From assembly GCA_963663895.2 (NCBI GenBank), contig CAXXRD010000001.1, positions 672,001 through 736,000 of the forward strand: a stretch of 64,000 nucleotides of DNA. The letters run 5' to 3'. This document shows positions 9,310 to 19,327 of the stretch, in pieces (position 1 is the first letter of the stretch; the number at the start of each line of letters is the position of its first letter). The position numbers were made by a program, and so were the translations under genes. The notes below the pieces were generated by a model. The model ran no database searches. It was not told where the DNA came from and was given only the letters and a program-made list of their open reading frames with translations. The stretch is from Dehalococcoidia bacterium. GTDB lineage: Bacteria; Chloroflexota; Dehalococcoidia; Bin125.

Positions 9310-11892
9310 TCATACACGCATCCCGGCGGATCCGCTCTCGACGTTCTCCGTGTACCGGCAAGGGGGGTCGGACCAGTACTCCGTGCATCCTCGAAAGGAG
9401 CCAGTCTTGCCATTCCTCAAGAGGAGGACGCCCATGCCGCACGAGGGACAGGCAGGCGGCGGACGATCGCACGTCGGGTTCGTACACGTGGATAGCCCCT
9501 TCGCGACCACCCCATAGCCAGCTTCGCAGTTGGGACAGCAGGGCGCGAGGTGCTCACAGCGCGGATAGTTCGAGCAGCGCAAGTTCTTGCGGCTCTGCGA
9601 GGGAAGCAAGCGACCGTTGGTACAGCGCGGGCACTCCCGAGCGATCTCGTCGCCGATCCGCCGCAGATCGTCGCCGGACTCCCGGATCAGCTCCACGACA
9701 AACGGCGATGGCCGCACCGGGTCCGCGACGAGATAGGCACCGATCCGGGCGCGCGTCATCGCGACATAGAAGAGACGGCGCTCCTCCGCGAACGGAAACG
9801 CTTTCCCAGAGACGGGAGGGAGCACGAGGTCCAAGAGTGGGTCATCCTCGATCCGAGAGGGGAACCCTCGCCGGGCATCGTCGAGGTCGAGCACGACGAC
9901 GTAGTCCGCTTCCCGGCCCTTCGCTTGATGAACGGTGCTGAACTCTACCCGCAACGATCGGCTCCACGAGGACTCCCGGAGCGCGGCTTGGCTATCGCGA
10001 TAGCGTCCCAGCACCAGCACCGAGTGAGGCTCGTCTCCCGTAATCTCCTCGATCTCCTGCAGCGCGCTCCGCAGCCCCCCGGCGGGATCAGGGTCGAAAA
10101 CGAGGGTGATTCCCTGATCCTCGATATCGCGCGCCGCGCGCAGCGGCCGTCGCGTCTGCTCCGGGTTGCGCTGCACGAACGCGGTTGAGGGACCGAGGAT
10201 GCCGTCCGCGAAGCGGAAGGTCTGGCTCAGCGTCCGCTCCCGCGTGCGCCCGAGGTAGGTAGAGCAGTTTCGTACAAGCCCGACATCGCTCCCAGCGAAG
10301 CGGTAGATCGACTGCCAGTCGTCGCCGACGAGGAAGTAGGCCACGTCTTGGGGCCCGCGAGCAAGGGCCTGCAGCAGCGCCATCCGCCCCTTGGAGATGT
10401 CCTGAAACTCGTCGACCAGCACGTACCGGTACGGCGTTTGCCACTTGCCTTCGCGAATGTGAAGTGCGGCGCGATTGATCAGATCATGAAAATCCAACGC
10501 CTCCTCGTCCGCCTCCCCCTCGTCCGCGAGCAAGCGATCGTAACGCGCCCGTACCTGCTCGAAGAGGACGAGGAAGGTCTCGTTACGCAAGCGGTCGCCG
10601 TGCGCACGAGCGCGGGCGCGCAACTCTTCGGGCGTCAGGCCGCTGCTCTTGGCGTGATCTAGAAAGGTCGCCACTAGCATGGCCAGCCAGGAGATCAGCC
10701 GCCGCGCCAGCGCCCGAATCAAGGAGAGCCGCTTTTCGTGTGAGATGGGCTCGAACCCGGCTCCCGCCTCCTCAAGCTGCGCGCGCAGCCCGGGGAGCAG
10801 AACGCCTCGCCGGTGCTGCCAGCTATAGGTCTCGATCAGCTTCGAGCCGTTTCGCGCATGGATGCCTCGCTTCCACTCGACGCCCTCGGCGTACCTCTCC
10901 CAACCCGGCGGCGGGCGGCCCTGCTCGTTCAGCGCGAAATGCTCAATGTAGATGCCGTGGTCGGGGAGGAAGAAGTCCGGCTGATACTGCCTGTGCTGCC
11001 GCGTCGCAGTCGGCGCCTCGTACGGGGCTTCATACTCAAACCTGACGCCGTGCTCCGTCAGATAGTTCGCGATCCGTAGCTCCTCAAAGCTCTTGACCAG
11101 ATCTCCGCTCAGCGTCCGCAGCTCGACGCTGCGGATGTATTCGTCGTACTCGGCGGGCGTCTTGAAATCGAAGGCCGAGCGGTAGGAGGCGCTGTGATCA
11201 ACGATGAAGCTCTTCACAGCGTCCGATTGCCGGGGGTCCTCCAGAAGCTCGTTGAGAATCTCGTCAAGGACGCGGACAAGCTCGGCCCTATCCTCGGCGA
11301 GCTTCGACACGGTCGGCGCGGCCTTGGAAACATCCGCGATGACGCGCCGGCCGAAGGCATGAAAGGTGGAGACATCCGCCGCGAGGCCGCCCGGAAGCCG
11401 CTCGCGGATCTCCCCGGCTGCTTTGCGGTTGAACGCCAGCACGAGGATCTCGCCCGGCGCGGCGTCCAAGTTACGAACGAGGTGGGCCACCTTGCCGGTG
11501 GTGACCGTGGTCTTGCCCGTGCCCGCGCCCGCCAGCACCAGGGTCACGTCCCCGTCGCTGGCGATGGCCTCGGCTTGCTCGTTCGTGGGAAGGCACCGGA
11601 GCGCCGTGAGTGCGGCGATCCGGACGGCGGCGCGCTCGCCCAGTCCCCCGATCGTATGCGCCGTCCCGCCGGTGACGCCGATCGTCAACCGGCTTCGGAG
11701 CCAGGAGCGGTGGACTGTGATCGCGCCGACCGCATCAAGGGGGATCTCCGCCAGCGTGCCGCCGTCGCGCCCCTCAATGCGCAGCGTCTCCGCCGCCAGC
11801 GCTATACGCACGGGACCCCGCGTAAAGAAGCGATGGTGCCAAGGGCTCTGGGCAACGACCTGCCCGGCCGGCCGCGCGGCGATTCCCGTCAT
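9310..11892 (-). CDS. DNA helicase IV (HelD)/UvrD-like SF1 helicase with inserted nuclease-like domain and C-terminal topoisomerase-type Zn ribbons
   Basis: AGAGTGKT (Walker A), LAFNRKAA, TFH, LVDEFQD, VGDDWQSIYRFAG, TVHQAKGRE, EERRLFYVAMTRAR; insert KSFEELRIANYL...YQPDFFL...IEHF; C-terminal CPRC/CPNC/CPSC ribbons. Confidence 0.88.
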   Translation of the reverse strand: MTGIAARPAGQVVAQSPWHHRFFTRGPVRIALAAETLRIEGRDGGTLAEIPLDAVGAITVHRSWLRSRLTIGVTGGTAHTIGGLGERAAVRIAALTALRCLPTNEQAEAIASDGDVTLVLAGAGTGKTTVTTGKVAHLVRNLDAAPGEILVLAFNRKAAGEIRERLPGGLAADVSTFHAFGRRVIADVSKAAPTVSKLAEDRAELVRVLDEILNELLEDPRQSDAVKSFIVDHSASYRSAFDFKTPAEYDEYIRSVELRTLSGDLVKSFEELRIANYLTEHGVRFEYEAPYEAPTATRQHRQYQPDFFLPDHGIYIEHFALNEQGRPPPGWERYAEGVEWKRGIHARNGSKLIETYSWQHRRGVLLPGLRAQLEEAGAGFEPISHEKRLSLIRALARRLISWLAMLVATFLDHAKSSGLTPEELRARARAHGDRLRNETFLVLFEQVRARYDRLLADEGEADEEALDFHDLINRAALHIREGKWQTPYRYVLVDEFQDISKGRMALLQALARGPQDVAYFLVGDDWQSIYRFAGSDVGLVRNCSTYLGRTRERTLSQTFRFADGILGPSTAFVQRNPEQTRRPLRAARDIEDQGITLVFDPDPAGGLRSALQEIEEITGDEPHSVLVLGRYRDSQAALRESSWSRSLRVEFSTVHQAKGREADYVVVLDLDDARRGFPSRIEDDPLLDLVLPPVSGKAFPFAEERRLFYVAMTRARIGAYLVADPVRPSPFVVELIRESGDDLRRIGDEIARECPRCTNGRLLPSQSRKNLRCSNYPRCEHLAPCCPNCEAGYGVVAKGLSTCTNPTCDRPPPACPSCGMGVLLLRNGKTGSFRGCTEYWSDPPCRYTENVESGSAGMRV

Positions 11893-12299
11893 GATCAGCG
11901 CGGTGCCGAACGCAACGCGGTCCGCTGGCGGAGGGAGGACGGCTGATCGCGGCCGCTCGGCATAGGTGCCCCCTCGCGGCGGTAGACGGTGGCTACGTGC
12001 TACGGTCGCCGAGGTCTAGGCAAGCCAACAAGGGGGCGTGAGCGCCCCGCCTTCACCGAAGGCTTGCCGATTCCCCGGACCGTAGCGGGCGGGAGAGTAC
12101 CACCACCGGCGATTGCGCGCCAGCGCGTACGTAAGGCTCTCCTACGCATCGGGAACCGATTCCTGCGTCACGAGCAGCGGTCGCCCGCACTCTTCATGCC
12201 CTTCAAGGTCAGGCTAGACCCCTCCTTGTCTCTACTCATATAGATTCGCAACAGCCGGGAGAGCGCGAAACGCGCGGTAGCACAGCGATCGCAGCACCG

Positions 12300-13712
12300 C
12301 TAATCGAAGGCCATCGGCGGCGGGTCGTCGGGGATGGCGATCGGGCAGCCCGTGGCCGCCGCGACCTCGGCGGGGGAGACGCCGGATGCGATCTCGCGCA
12401 AGACGAGACCGTCCGCCGTCACGCCGATCAGGGCGAGATTGGTGACGATGGTGGAGACGCAGCGGCGGCCCGTGAGCGGCAGGGAACACTCCTCCACGAT
12501 GCGCGGCCGGCCATCGCGGGTGGTGTGCTCGAGCAGGGCGATCACCTCGCCGCCGCCCGCCAGCAGGTCCATGGCGCCGCCAATGCGGCCCGCGCCCACG
12601 CCCGGCCGCGACCAGTTGGCCAGGTCACCGTTCCGGGAGATCTCGTAAGCCCCCAGGACCACGGCGTCCAGGTGGCCGCCGCGGGCCATGGCGAAAGCGG
12701 CGACGCTATCGAAGAGAGCAGCCCCCGGCAGGGGAGCGATGGGAAGGCTGCTGGCGTCGAAGTAGCTGGGGTTCCAGCCCTCGACGTCCTCCAGGCCGCG
12801 GAAACCGAGGATGCCGTTCTGGGCGTGCAGGGCGGCCTGCGCGCCGATCTCCTGCAGATGCCGCCCGACCAGCGTGGGCGCGCCCACGCCGAGGTTGACG
12901 TAGCGGTAGTCCGCGACCATGCGGGCGACGCGCAGCGCCATGAGATCGCGCGGGATGCCGCGCACCACGGCGCCGCGGCCCGCGTCCTTCAAAGGGTCGC
13001 GGCCGCGCGCCAGCTCTTCCGCGACGATCTCCGAACGGGGGATCTCCGCCCGGACCACGGCGTCGACGAAGATGCCGGGCAGGTGCACCTCCTCCGGATC
13101 CAGCTCGCCGGCCGCGACGAGGCGCTCCGCCTGCACGATCACGGTGGCGGCGGCGCTCGCCATGGCGGGCTGGAAGTTGCGCGTGGTGCCGTCGAAGCGG
13201 CAGTTGCCGGCCGCGTCCGCCACGTCGGCCCGCAGCAGGGCCGCGTCCGCGGGCAGCGCCCGCTCGAACAGATGGGGGCGGCCGTCGAACTCCCGCACCT
13301 CCTTGTCATCGGATTGAATCACCGTCCCCACGCCGGTGGGCGTGTAGAAGCCCGCGATGCCGGCCCCGGCGGCGCGGATACGCTCGACCAAGGTGCCCTG
13401 GGGCACGATCTCGTAGGCCACTTCGCCCGCTAGGATCTGCTGCTCCATGGCCGTGGAGATGCCGGTGTGCCCGCCGAAGGAGCCGATGAAGCGGGTCACC
13501 AGCCCGCGCTCCGCCAGCACCTGCGGCGAGTAGGGGCCGTAGCCCACGGCGTTGGCGATGATGGTGAGGCCGCCGGCGCCGTGCTCGGCCAGGGCGCGCA
13601 GCAGCGTGCTGGGCCAGGCGGCCATGGGCGCGAAGCCCCCGACCATGACGGCGGCGCCCGGCTGCACGGCGGCCACCGCCTCGCGCGCGCTCTCGACAAC
13701 CTTGCTCTTCAC
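12300..13712 (-). CDS. Fused A/B class I CoA-transferase homolog (SENG motif reads AQNG)
   Basis: GTG start VKSKVVESAREAV..MVGGF; PQGTLVERIRAAGAG; YVNLGVGAPT; GGHLDAVVLGAYEIS; GDLANW; GGAMDL. The track ORF over-extends to 14411. Confidence 0.88.
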   Translation of the reverse strand: MKSKVVESAREAVAAVQPGAAVMVGGFAPMAAWPSTLLRALAEHGAGGLTIIANAVGYGPYSPQVLAERGLVTRFIGSFGGHTGISTAMEQQILAGEVAYEIVPQGTLVERIRAAGAGIAGFYTPTGVGTVIQSDDKEVREFDGRPHLFERALPADAALLRADVADAAGNCRFDGTTRNFQPAMASAAATVIVQAERLVAAGELDPEEVHLPGIFVDAVVRAEIPRSEIVAEELARGRDPLKDAGRGAVVRGIPRDLMALRVARMVADYRYVNLGVGAPTLVGRHLQEIGAQAALHAQNGILGFRGLEDVEGWNPSYFDASSLPIAPLPGAALFDSVAAFAMARGGHLDAVVLGAYEISRNGDLANWSRPGVGAGRIGGAMDLLAGGGEVIALLEHTTRDGRPRIVEECSLPLTGRRCVSTIVTNLALIGVTADGLVLREIASGVSPAEVAAATGCPIAIPDDPPPMAFD

Positions 13713-13841
13713 GCCCGCGATGATAGCCGCCCGCGCCCGGCCGTCCCCGTCCCTCGCCTTTTCGCTCTGGCAAGATGTAGCGCGCGGCACCAAAGGGACG
13801 GCTGCCGCGATGTGCCGGAGTATTCTGAAAGAGGGAGCGTC

Positions 13842-14900
13842 ATGGGCCTGTTTGCAGCGATGGAGAACCTCGACCACGAAGAGGTCGTCTTTCACCGCGA
13901 CGCGGCGGCGGGGCTGTCGGTCATCGTGGCGATTCATTCGAGCGTTCTGGGGCCGGCGCTGGGCGGCACCCGCTGGCATCCGTACGCCTCCGAGGAGGAG
14001 GCGCTGGAGGACGTGCTGCGGCTCTCCTCCGCCATGACCTACAAGTCGGCGGCGGCCAACCTGCCCTTCGGCGGCGGCAAGGCGGCCGTGATCGGCGACC
14101 CGGGCGGCAAGACGCCCGCGCAGCTGCGGGCCTACGGCCGCTTCATCGACTCGCTCAACGGGCGCTACATCACCACCACCGACGTGGGCACCACCACGGC
14201 CGAGATAGACATCGTCGCCGGCGAGACCCGCTTCGTGGTCGGCACGTCGCCCGAGCGCGGCGGCAGCGGCGATACCTCCGTGCTGACGGCGGCCACGGTC
14301 GTGCAGGGGATGCGCGCGGCGCTGCGGGTCGCCTTCGACGACGAATCCTTCGCGGGCAGGCGCGTCGTCGTCGTGGGCGTGGGCAAGGTGGGCGGGCGGG
14401 TCGCCCGGCACCTCGCCGAGCAGGGCGCGGATCTCGTCCTCAGCGACATCCGCGCCGAGGCCGCCGCACGGCTGGCGGCGGAGATCGGCGCCGCCACGGT
14501 CGGGCTGAACCAGGCCTACACGACTGCATGCGACATCCTCTCGCCCAACGCCCTCGGCCGGGTCCTCACCCCCGCGTCGATCCCGGCGCTCCGCTGCCGC
14601 GTCATCTGCGGCGGAGCCAACAACCAGCTCGCCAACGACCCAGCCGACGCGGCGCTGCTCAAGGAGCGCGGCATCCTCTACGCGCCCGACTACGTGATCA
14701 ACTCGGGCGGGGTCATCAACGTGGCGATGGAGATCGAGGGGTACGACGCCGCCCGCGCCCGCCGGCTCGCCGACGGCGTGTACGAGACCACGCTCCGCAT
14801 CCTACGCGCGGCCAAGCGCGAAGAGACCTCCACCGCGGAGGCCGCCGCCCGGCTCGTCCGGGAGCGATTGGCCGGGGTAGGCGCCGAACGCGCCAGCTAG
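13842..14900 (+). CDS. Glu/Leu/Phe/Val dehydrogenase (leucine dehydrogenase-like)
   Basis: IHSSVLGPALGGTR, MTYKSA, GGGKA, DVGT, GVGKVG, GGANNQL, YAPDYVINSGG; GAGGGAG SD. Confidence 0.93.
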   Translation: MGLFAAMENLDHEEVVFHRDAAAGLSVIVAIHSSVLGPALGGTRWHPYASEEEALEDVLRLSSAMTYKSAAANLPFGGGKAAVIGDPGGKTPAQLRAYGRFIDSLNGRYITTTDVGTTTAEIDIVAGETRFVVGTSPERGGSGDTSVLTAATVVQGMRAALRVAFDDESFAGRRVVVVGVGKVGGRVARHLAEQGADLVLSDIRAEAAARLAAEIGAATVGLNQAYTTACDILSPNALGRVLTPASIPALRCRVICGGANNQLANDPADAALLKERGILYAPDYVINSGGVINVAMEIEGYDAARARRLADGVYETTLRILRAAKREETSTAEAAARLVRERLAGVGAERAS

Positions 14901-14946
14901 ACGGGAACGCCTCCACGAAATCCGCGGCGAAGCGCGCAGCGCCGCC

Positions 14947-16110
14947 CTAGGGCGCCGCCGCGCGAAACTCCCCGCACTCCCCGACCGCGCCCGAGCGGTA
15001 GCGGGCGAGCTGATCGCGATCGAGCTGAACGCCCAACCCCGGTGCCGCGGGCAGGCGCATCATGCCGGCCTCGATAGGCAGGGAGCGCCGCACCAGATCC
15101 GCCGCCAGCAGCGACGCCGTCGCGAGTCCGCAGGCCGGGGCCGGAGCCGGCAACATCGCCGCCAGCTGCAGGGCGGCGGCCGTGCCGATAGCGGTATCGA
15201 TCGTCGTCGTGACGACGGCGGCCGCACCCGCGTTTCGGGCGAGCCGCGCGATCTCGGCGGCCGGCCGCAGTCCGCCCAGCGACATCGGCTTGAGCACCAG
15301 TAGGTCGGCCGCGCCCGCCTGGAGCAGCACCCGCGCCGCAGCGGCGTCGCCGACGCTCTCGTCCGCGGCGATCCGGAGGCGCGTTTCCCGGCGCACCGCC
15401 GCGAGTCCGGCGACATCCGCGACCGGTTGCTCCACCCATTCGAGATCGTACCTCGCCAGCGCGGAGAGCATCGCGATCGCTTCAGCGACCGTCCAGGCGC
15501 CGTTGGCGTCCAGGCGCAAGCGCACCGCCGGCCCGAGCGCCTCGCGGGCCGCCGCGACCCGCAGCCGTTCGGCTTCGAACGTGTCCGCCACTCCGACCTT
15601 CAGCTTCACGGCGGGGTAGCCGGCGGCCCGCGCACGCGCGCCGGCGGCCCGGACATCCTCGGGCGCGCCCGCGCCGATGATGGCGTTGACCGGAACGGCA
15701 GCCGCGGTCCGACCGCCGTACTCCCGCACGAGTTGCGCGGCCACCGGCAGGCCCGCCGCCCGGCTCGTTAGGTCGAGCTGGGCGACATCGAGCGCGCAGC
15801 GGACCGCTTGCCTCCCCGGCCGCTCGGGCAGGGCATCGAGCCGTTCCCGTGCGGAGATCCAGTCCGCGCCCACCAGGAGCGGCCCGATCTCGCGCAGCAG
15901 GTCGGCGGCAGCCGGGGCGCCGCCTTCCGCCCGCTCCGGCAACGGCGAGGCCTCTCCCAGGCCGCAGGCGCTGCGGTCGCTCTGGAGCTCAACGATGAGA
16001 CCCTCGCGCGCCTTCAAGGGCGCGCCGGGCGCCGACCCGATCGAAAACTCCTGGGCGAAGGGAACCCGAAAGGGCGTCCAGCGAATGCCAGCGATGCGCT
16101 CGGGCACCAC
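14947..16110 (-). CDS. menC: o-Succinylbenzoate synthase
   Basis: Enolase-superfamily KLKVG, RLDANGAW, WVEQP, AADES, VLKP motifs; third gene of menF-menD-menC. Confidence 0.88.
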   Translation of the reverse strand: MVPERIAGIRWTPFRVPFAQEFSIGSAPGAPLKAREGLIVELQSDRSACGLGEASPLPERAEGGAPAAADLLREIGPLLVGADWISARERLDALPERPGRQAVRCALDVAQLDLTSRAAGLPVAAQLVREYGGRTAAAVPVNAIIGAGAPEDVRAAGARARAAGYPAVKLKVGVADTFEAERLRVAAAREALGPAVRLRLDANGAWTVAEAIAMLSALARYDLEWVEQPVADVAGLAAVRRETRLRIAADESVGDAAAARVLLQAGAADLLVLKPMSLGGLRPAAEIARLARNAGAAAVVTTTIDTAIGTAAALQLAAMLPAPAPACGLATASLLAADLVRRSLPIEAGMMRLPAAPGLGVQLDRDQLARYRSGAVGECGEFRAAAP

Positions 16111-16125
16111 GCCTCCTCGGCGGCG

Positions 16126-17904
16126 CTAGAGGCTGCCCTTCGCCGCCAGCGCCGCGCGCGCGCGCGCGCCGGCGGCCGACCACAGGCGGCGATGGAGTGC
16201 GACGTTCGCCTCACGGTCGCTTGGCACCTCGATCAGCTGCACGCCCGGGCTTCGCAGGGAGTCGGCGAGGGCCGCGTCGAAGGACGCGACATCGTGCGCG
16301 CGCGTGTGGGCGAGTCCGTACAGCGCCGCCACCCGGGCGAAGTCGAGCCCGTGCGGCGTGCCGAACAGCTCTTCGAAGTGCTCGACGGCGGTTGCCTGGG
16401 GCAAGAAGGAGAAGATGCCGCCGCCGCCGTTGTTGAGAAGCACGACGGTAGCGCCGACCTCGCGCTCGCGCGCGGCCAGCAAACCGTTCATGTCGTGGTA
16501 GAGCGAGAGGTCGCCGATCAGCAACACCAGCGGCCCTTCGCCCACGGCGGCCGCCCCCAGCGCCGCCGAGACCACGCCGTCGATGCCACTCACGCCACGC
16601 TGCCCAAGGAAGCGCACGGCGGCGCGGCGGCATGGGAAGAAAGTGTCGATGTCGCGCACCGGCAGGCTGTTGCCGGCGAAGAGCGTGGTCCCGTCCGGGA
16701 GAGCGGCGGCGACGCGCGTCACCGCCTGCGGCTCGGAGAGCACGCGCTCCTCGCTCAGGGTCTCGGCGACGGCCTCTCGTCCGGCGGCGGCGGCGATCCG
16801 CCAGCGCTCAACCCACTCCGGCGAGCCGCCGCGACCGCCCCCCGCCGCGGCGGCGGCCAGCAGCGCCTCGCAGAGGCTGCGCGCGTCGGTGTGCAGGGCG
16901 GCGGCAGCGGACAGCGTGGGATCGTTCCAGCCGTCCTCGTCCGTCACAACGATCTGCTCGATCGAGGTGTCGCCGAGGAAGTCGAGCAGCGGCCGCGAGG
17001 TGGGGGTCGCCCCGAAGCGCAGAACCACACGCGGCCGCAGCGCCTCGGCGACCGCGGGATCGCGCAGGAAGGCATCGTAGCCATCGATCACGTGCTCCAG
17101 CGAGTGGGGCCCGCACCGCGCCTGCGACAGCGAATCCGCGAGCACCGGCATCACCAGCGCCGCCGCCAGCTCAGCGACCACGGCGGGAAAGTCCGGATCC
17201 CCTTGCGGGCCGCACACGATCAACCCCCGCTCCGATCGCAGGCGGTCCAGCAGCGCCAGCGTCTGATCCGGCGTGGGGCGGCGCTCGGTGTGCGTGATCG
17301 CCAGATCGGGCAGCGCGCCGGCTTCGGCGCCCGCGCGCGCCGCGGGGACAAGCGGCTCCCGGAACGGCATGTTGATATGGACGGGCCCGGCCGGCGTCGC
17401 GGCAGCCAGCGCCGCCGCGCGGGCGGCCGTCGCGCCGGCGTAGCGGCGCAGATGAGCCCCGCCCTCTGGAAGGGCAAGCTCGATGAACCGCTTGACCGTT
17501 GATCCGTACAGGCCGATCTGGTCCATCGTCTGATTCGCGCCCACGCTCCGCAGCTCGTGCGGCCGGTCGGCCGTGAGCACCAGCAGCGGCACGCGCCCCT
17601 GGCGCGCCTCCGCGACCGCGGGAGCGAAGTTCAGCGCGGCCGTTCCCGATGTCGAAACCACCGCGACCGGTTCGCGGCCCGCTTTGGCGATCCCGAGGGC
17701 GAAGAACGCTGCGGACCGCTCATCGAGATGCATCCATAAGCGGACGGCGGGATGGCGGCGCAGAGCGAGCAGCAGCGGCGTCGAGCGGGAGCCGGGACAG
17801 GCGCAAGCATGGCGCACGCCGGCCTGCACCAGCCCGTTCACGAACGCCTCGACGTAGCCGGCGAGAACGGTTCCCGGGTCGTCCCCTTGTGCCGCTAGGG
17901 ACAT
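16126..17904 (-). CDS. menD: SEPHCHC synthase (ThDP-dependent)
   Basis: CPGSRSTPL, DERSAAFFALG, TSGTA, LTADRP, GPVHINMPFREPL, RGVSGIDG, GDLSLYHDMNG, NNGGGGIF. Confidence 0.96.
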   Translation of the reverse strand: MSLAAQGDDPGTVLAGYVEAFVNGLVQAGVRHACACPGSRSTPLLLALRRHPAVRLWMHLDERSAAFFALGIAKAGREPVAVVSTSGTAALNFAPAVAEARQGRVPLLVLTADRPHELRSVGANQTMDQIGLYGSTVKRFIELALPEGGAHLRRYAGATAARAAALAAATPAGPVHINMPFREPLVPAARAGAEAGALPDLAITHTERRPTPDQTLALLDRLRSERGLIVCGPQGDPDFPAVVAELAAALVMPVLADSLSQARCGPHSLEHVIDGYDAFLRDPAVAEALRPRVVLRFGATPTSRPLLDFLGDTSIEQIVVTDEDGWNDPTLSAAAALHTDARSLCEALLAAAAAGGGRGGSPEWVERWRIAAAAGREAVAETLSEERVLSEPQAVTRVAAALPDGTTLFAGNSLPVRDIDTFFPCRRAAVRFLGQRGVSGIDGVVSAALGAAAVGEGPLVLLIGDLSLYHDMNGLLAAREREVGATVVLLNNGGGGIFSFLPQATAVEHFEELFGTPHGLDFARVAALYGLAHTRAHDVASFDAALADSLRSPGVQLIEVPSDREANVALHRRLWSAAGARARAALAAKGSL

Positions 17905-19298
17905 CCCAGCGCCCAGCGCATCGACTGCATTTTGAGGCGGGATTCCTCGTACTCGCGTGCGGGTTCCGACCCCGCCACGATTCCGCAGCCCGCATACAGG
18001 CGGGCACGGGTTCCGTTGATCAGCGCCGACCGAATCGCGACGACGAACTCCCCGTCTCCGCGGGCGTCCATCCAGCCCAGTGGTCCGCCGAACCAGCCAC
18101 GGTCGAAGGGCTCCGCGCGCCGCAACAACCGCTGCGCCCGCTCGCGGGGGACCCCGCCGACCGCCGGCGTGGGGTGCAGACGCAGCGCCACATCAAGCGC
18201 GGTCGCCGGGCCGTCGAGCGCGCCCCTGATCTCCGTGTACAGGTGCTGCACATTCGCCAGGCGCAAGAGCGACGGCGCGCTATCGGCGCGCAGTTCGCTG
18301 CAGAGCGGCCGCAGTCCGTCTTCCAGAGCACGCACCACGAGCGCATGCTCATGCTGCTCCTTGGAGTCCGCCAGCAGCTCCGCGCTCAAGGCCGCATCGC
18401 GGGCGGGATCGGCGGCGCGCGGCGCGGACCCCGCGACAGCCGCCGTTCGCACGATCCCCTCTCGCTGGGTGACCAGCAGCTCCGGCGTGGCGCCGATGAA
18501 ACAGCCAGCGCCGCGATCGATCGCGAACACGGTGCAGTCCCCGTAGCGCGACCTGAGCCGCCGAAGGGCAGCAGGCAAGTCGAACGGGCGCTCCGCCTCC
18601 AACTGTTGGCAGCGCGCGAGCACGAGCTTGTCGACCTCGCCGGCATCGATCGCGCCGACCATGCCCCCTGCCAGCTCACGCCAACGCGGGGGCGTCGGCT
18701 CCTCCATCGTGCGGAGAATGGCCGCCGTGGACGGAGCACCGGCCTCCAGGCAGGCCTGGTCTGCACCAAGACACTCATCAAGACGATCGAGGAGACGCAA
18801 GAGATTCGGCGCCGCGGCGCCCGCCGCGTCGGGAAGGAACTGCAGTTGCAGGAAGCGTGCAGATCCCCGCTGCACGGCGACCAGACGCGGAACGAAGGCG
18901 GCCCGCCGGGGCCATCCCTCCCAAGCACCATCGGGCGCCCGCTCCGGGTCGAAGGCGGCGCCGGTGAAAGAGAGCGGCCCCGGCTTCACTGGAGCAGCCC
19001 GAGCGTCCTTCGTCAGATCGAGCCAGAGGTCGGATGGGGACACGCCCCTTCGCTCGGGCAGAGTCTCGAGCCCGACGCCGGCGATCGCGATTGCGCCGCC
19101 GGGGCTGCGCCAATAGAGACGCTCCAGACCGGCCGCCTGCTCGAACAAGGCCAAGGGCTCGAACTCCGGCGCGGGCGCGGCCAGCGTGACGAGCGCATCC
19201 CGAGAGGCGGCCCGAGCACAATCGCTCGCCTCCCAAGCGGCGAGCCGCTCGCGAAGGGCCCTCAATCCGGTGCTGGCGGTGAGCATTGTGGCTGGCAT
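17895..19298 (-). CDS. menF: Isochorismate synthase
   Basis: KLVLAR, FIGATPELL, AGSAPR, KEQHEH, NVQHL, LHPTPAVGG, FDRGWF, AIRSA, YAGCGIV; overlaps the menD start. Start 19298 or 19286. Confidence 0.93.
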   Translation of the reverse strand: MPATMLTASTGLRALRERLAAWEASDCARAASRDALVTLAAPAPEFEPLALFEQAAGLERLYWRSPGGAIAIAGVGLETLPERRGVSPSDLWLDLTKDARAAPVKPGPLSFTGAAFDPERAPDGAWEGWPRRAAFVPRLVAVQRGSARFLQLQFLPDAAGAAAPNLLRLLDRLDECLGADQACLEAGAPSTAAILRTMEEPTPPRWRELAGGMVGAIDAGEVDKLVLARCQQLEAERPFDLPAALRRLRSRYGDCTVFAIDRGAGCFIGATPELLVTQREGIVRTAAVAGSAPRAADPARDAALSAELLADSKEQHEHALVVRALEDGLRPLCSELRADSAPSLLRLANVQHLYTEIRGALDGPATALDVALRLHPTPAVGGVPRERAQRLLRRAEPFDRGWFGGPLGWMDARGDGEFVVAIRSALINGTRARLYAGCGIVAGSEPAREYEESRLKMQSMRWALGCP

Positions 19299-19299
19299 C

Positions 19300-19327
19300 T
19301 CAAAACCGACTGAACCGTCGGTTTTGA
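19300..19327. promoter_or_regulatory. Palindromic operator (putative TetR site) upstream of menF
   Basis: TCAAAACCGAC-TGAACC-GTCGGTTTTGA, an 11-bp perfect inverted repeat; core identical to the site at 31676-31697. Confidence 0.8.

Noticed and set aside
11950-12299. Small ORFs or a decayed gene between the helicase and the CoA-transferase
   Set aside because: Short frames interrupted by stops with no recognisable family; cannot be supported as a CDS.
13767-13782. Sigma54-like TGGCA...GC promoter upstream of leucine dehydrogenase
   Set aside because: GG-to-GC spacing is 9 rather than 10 and TTGC is not conserved.
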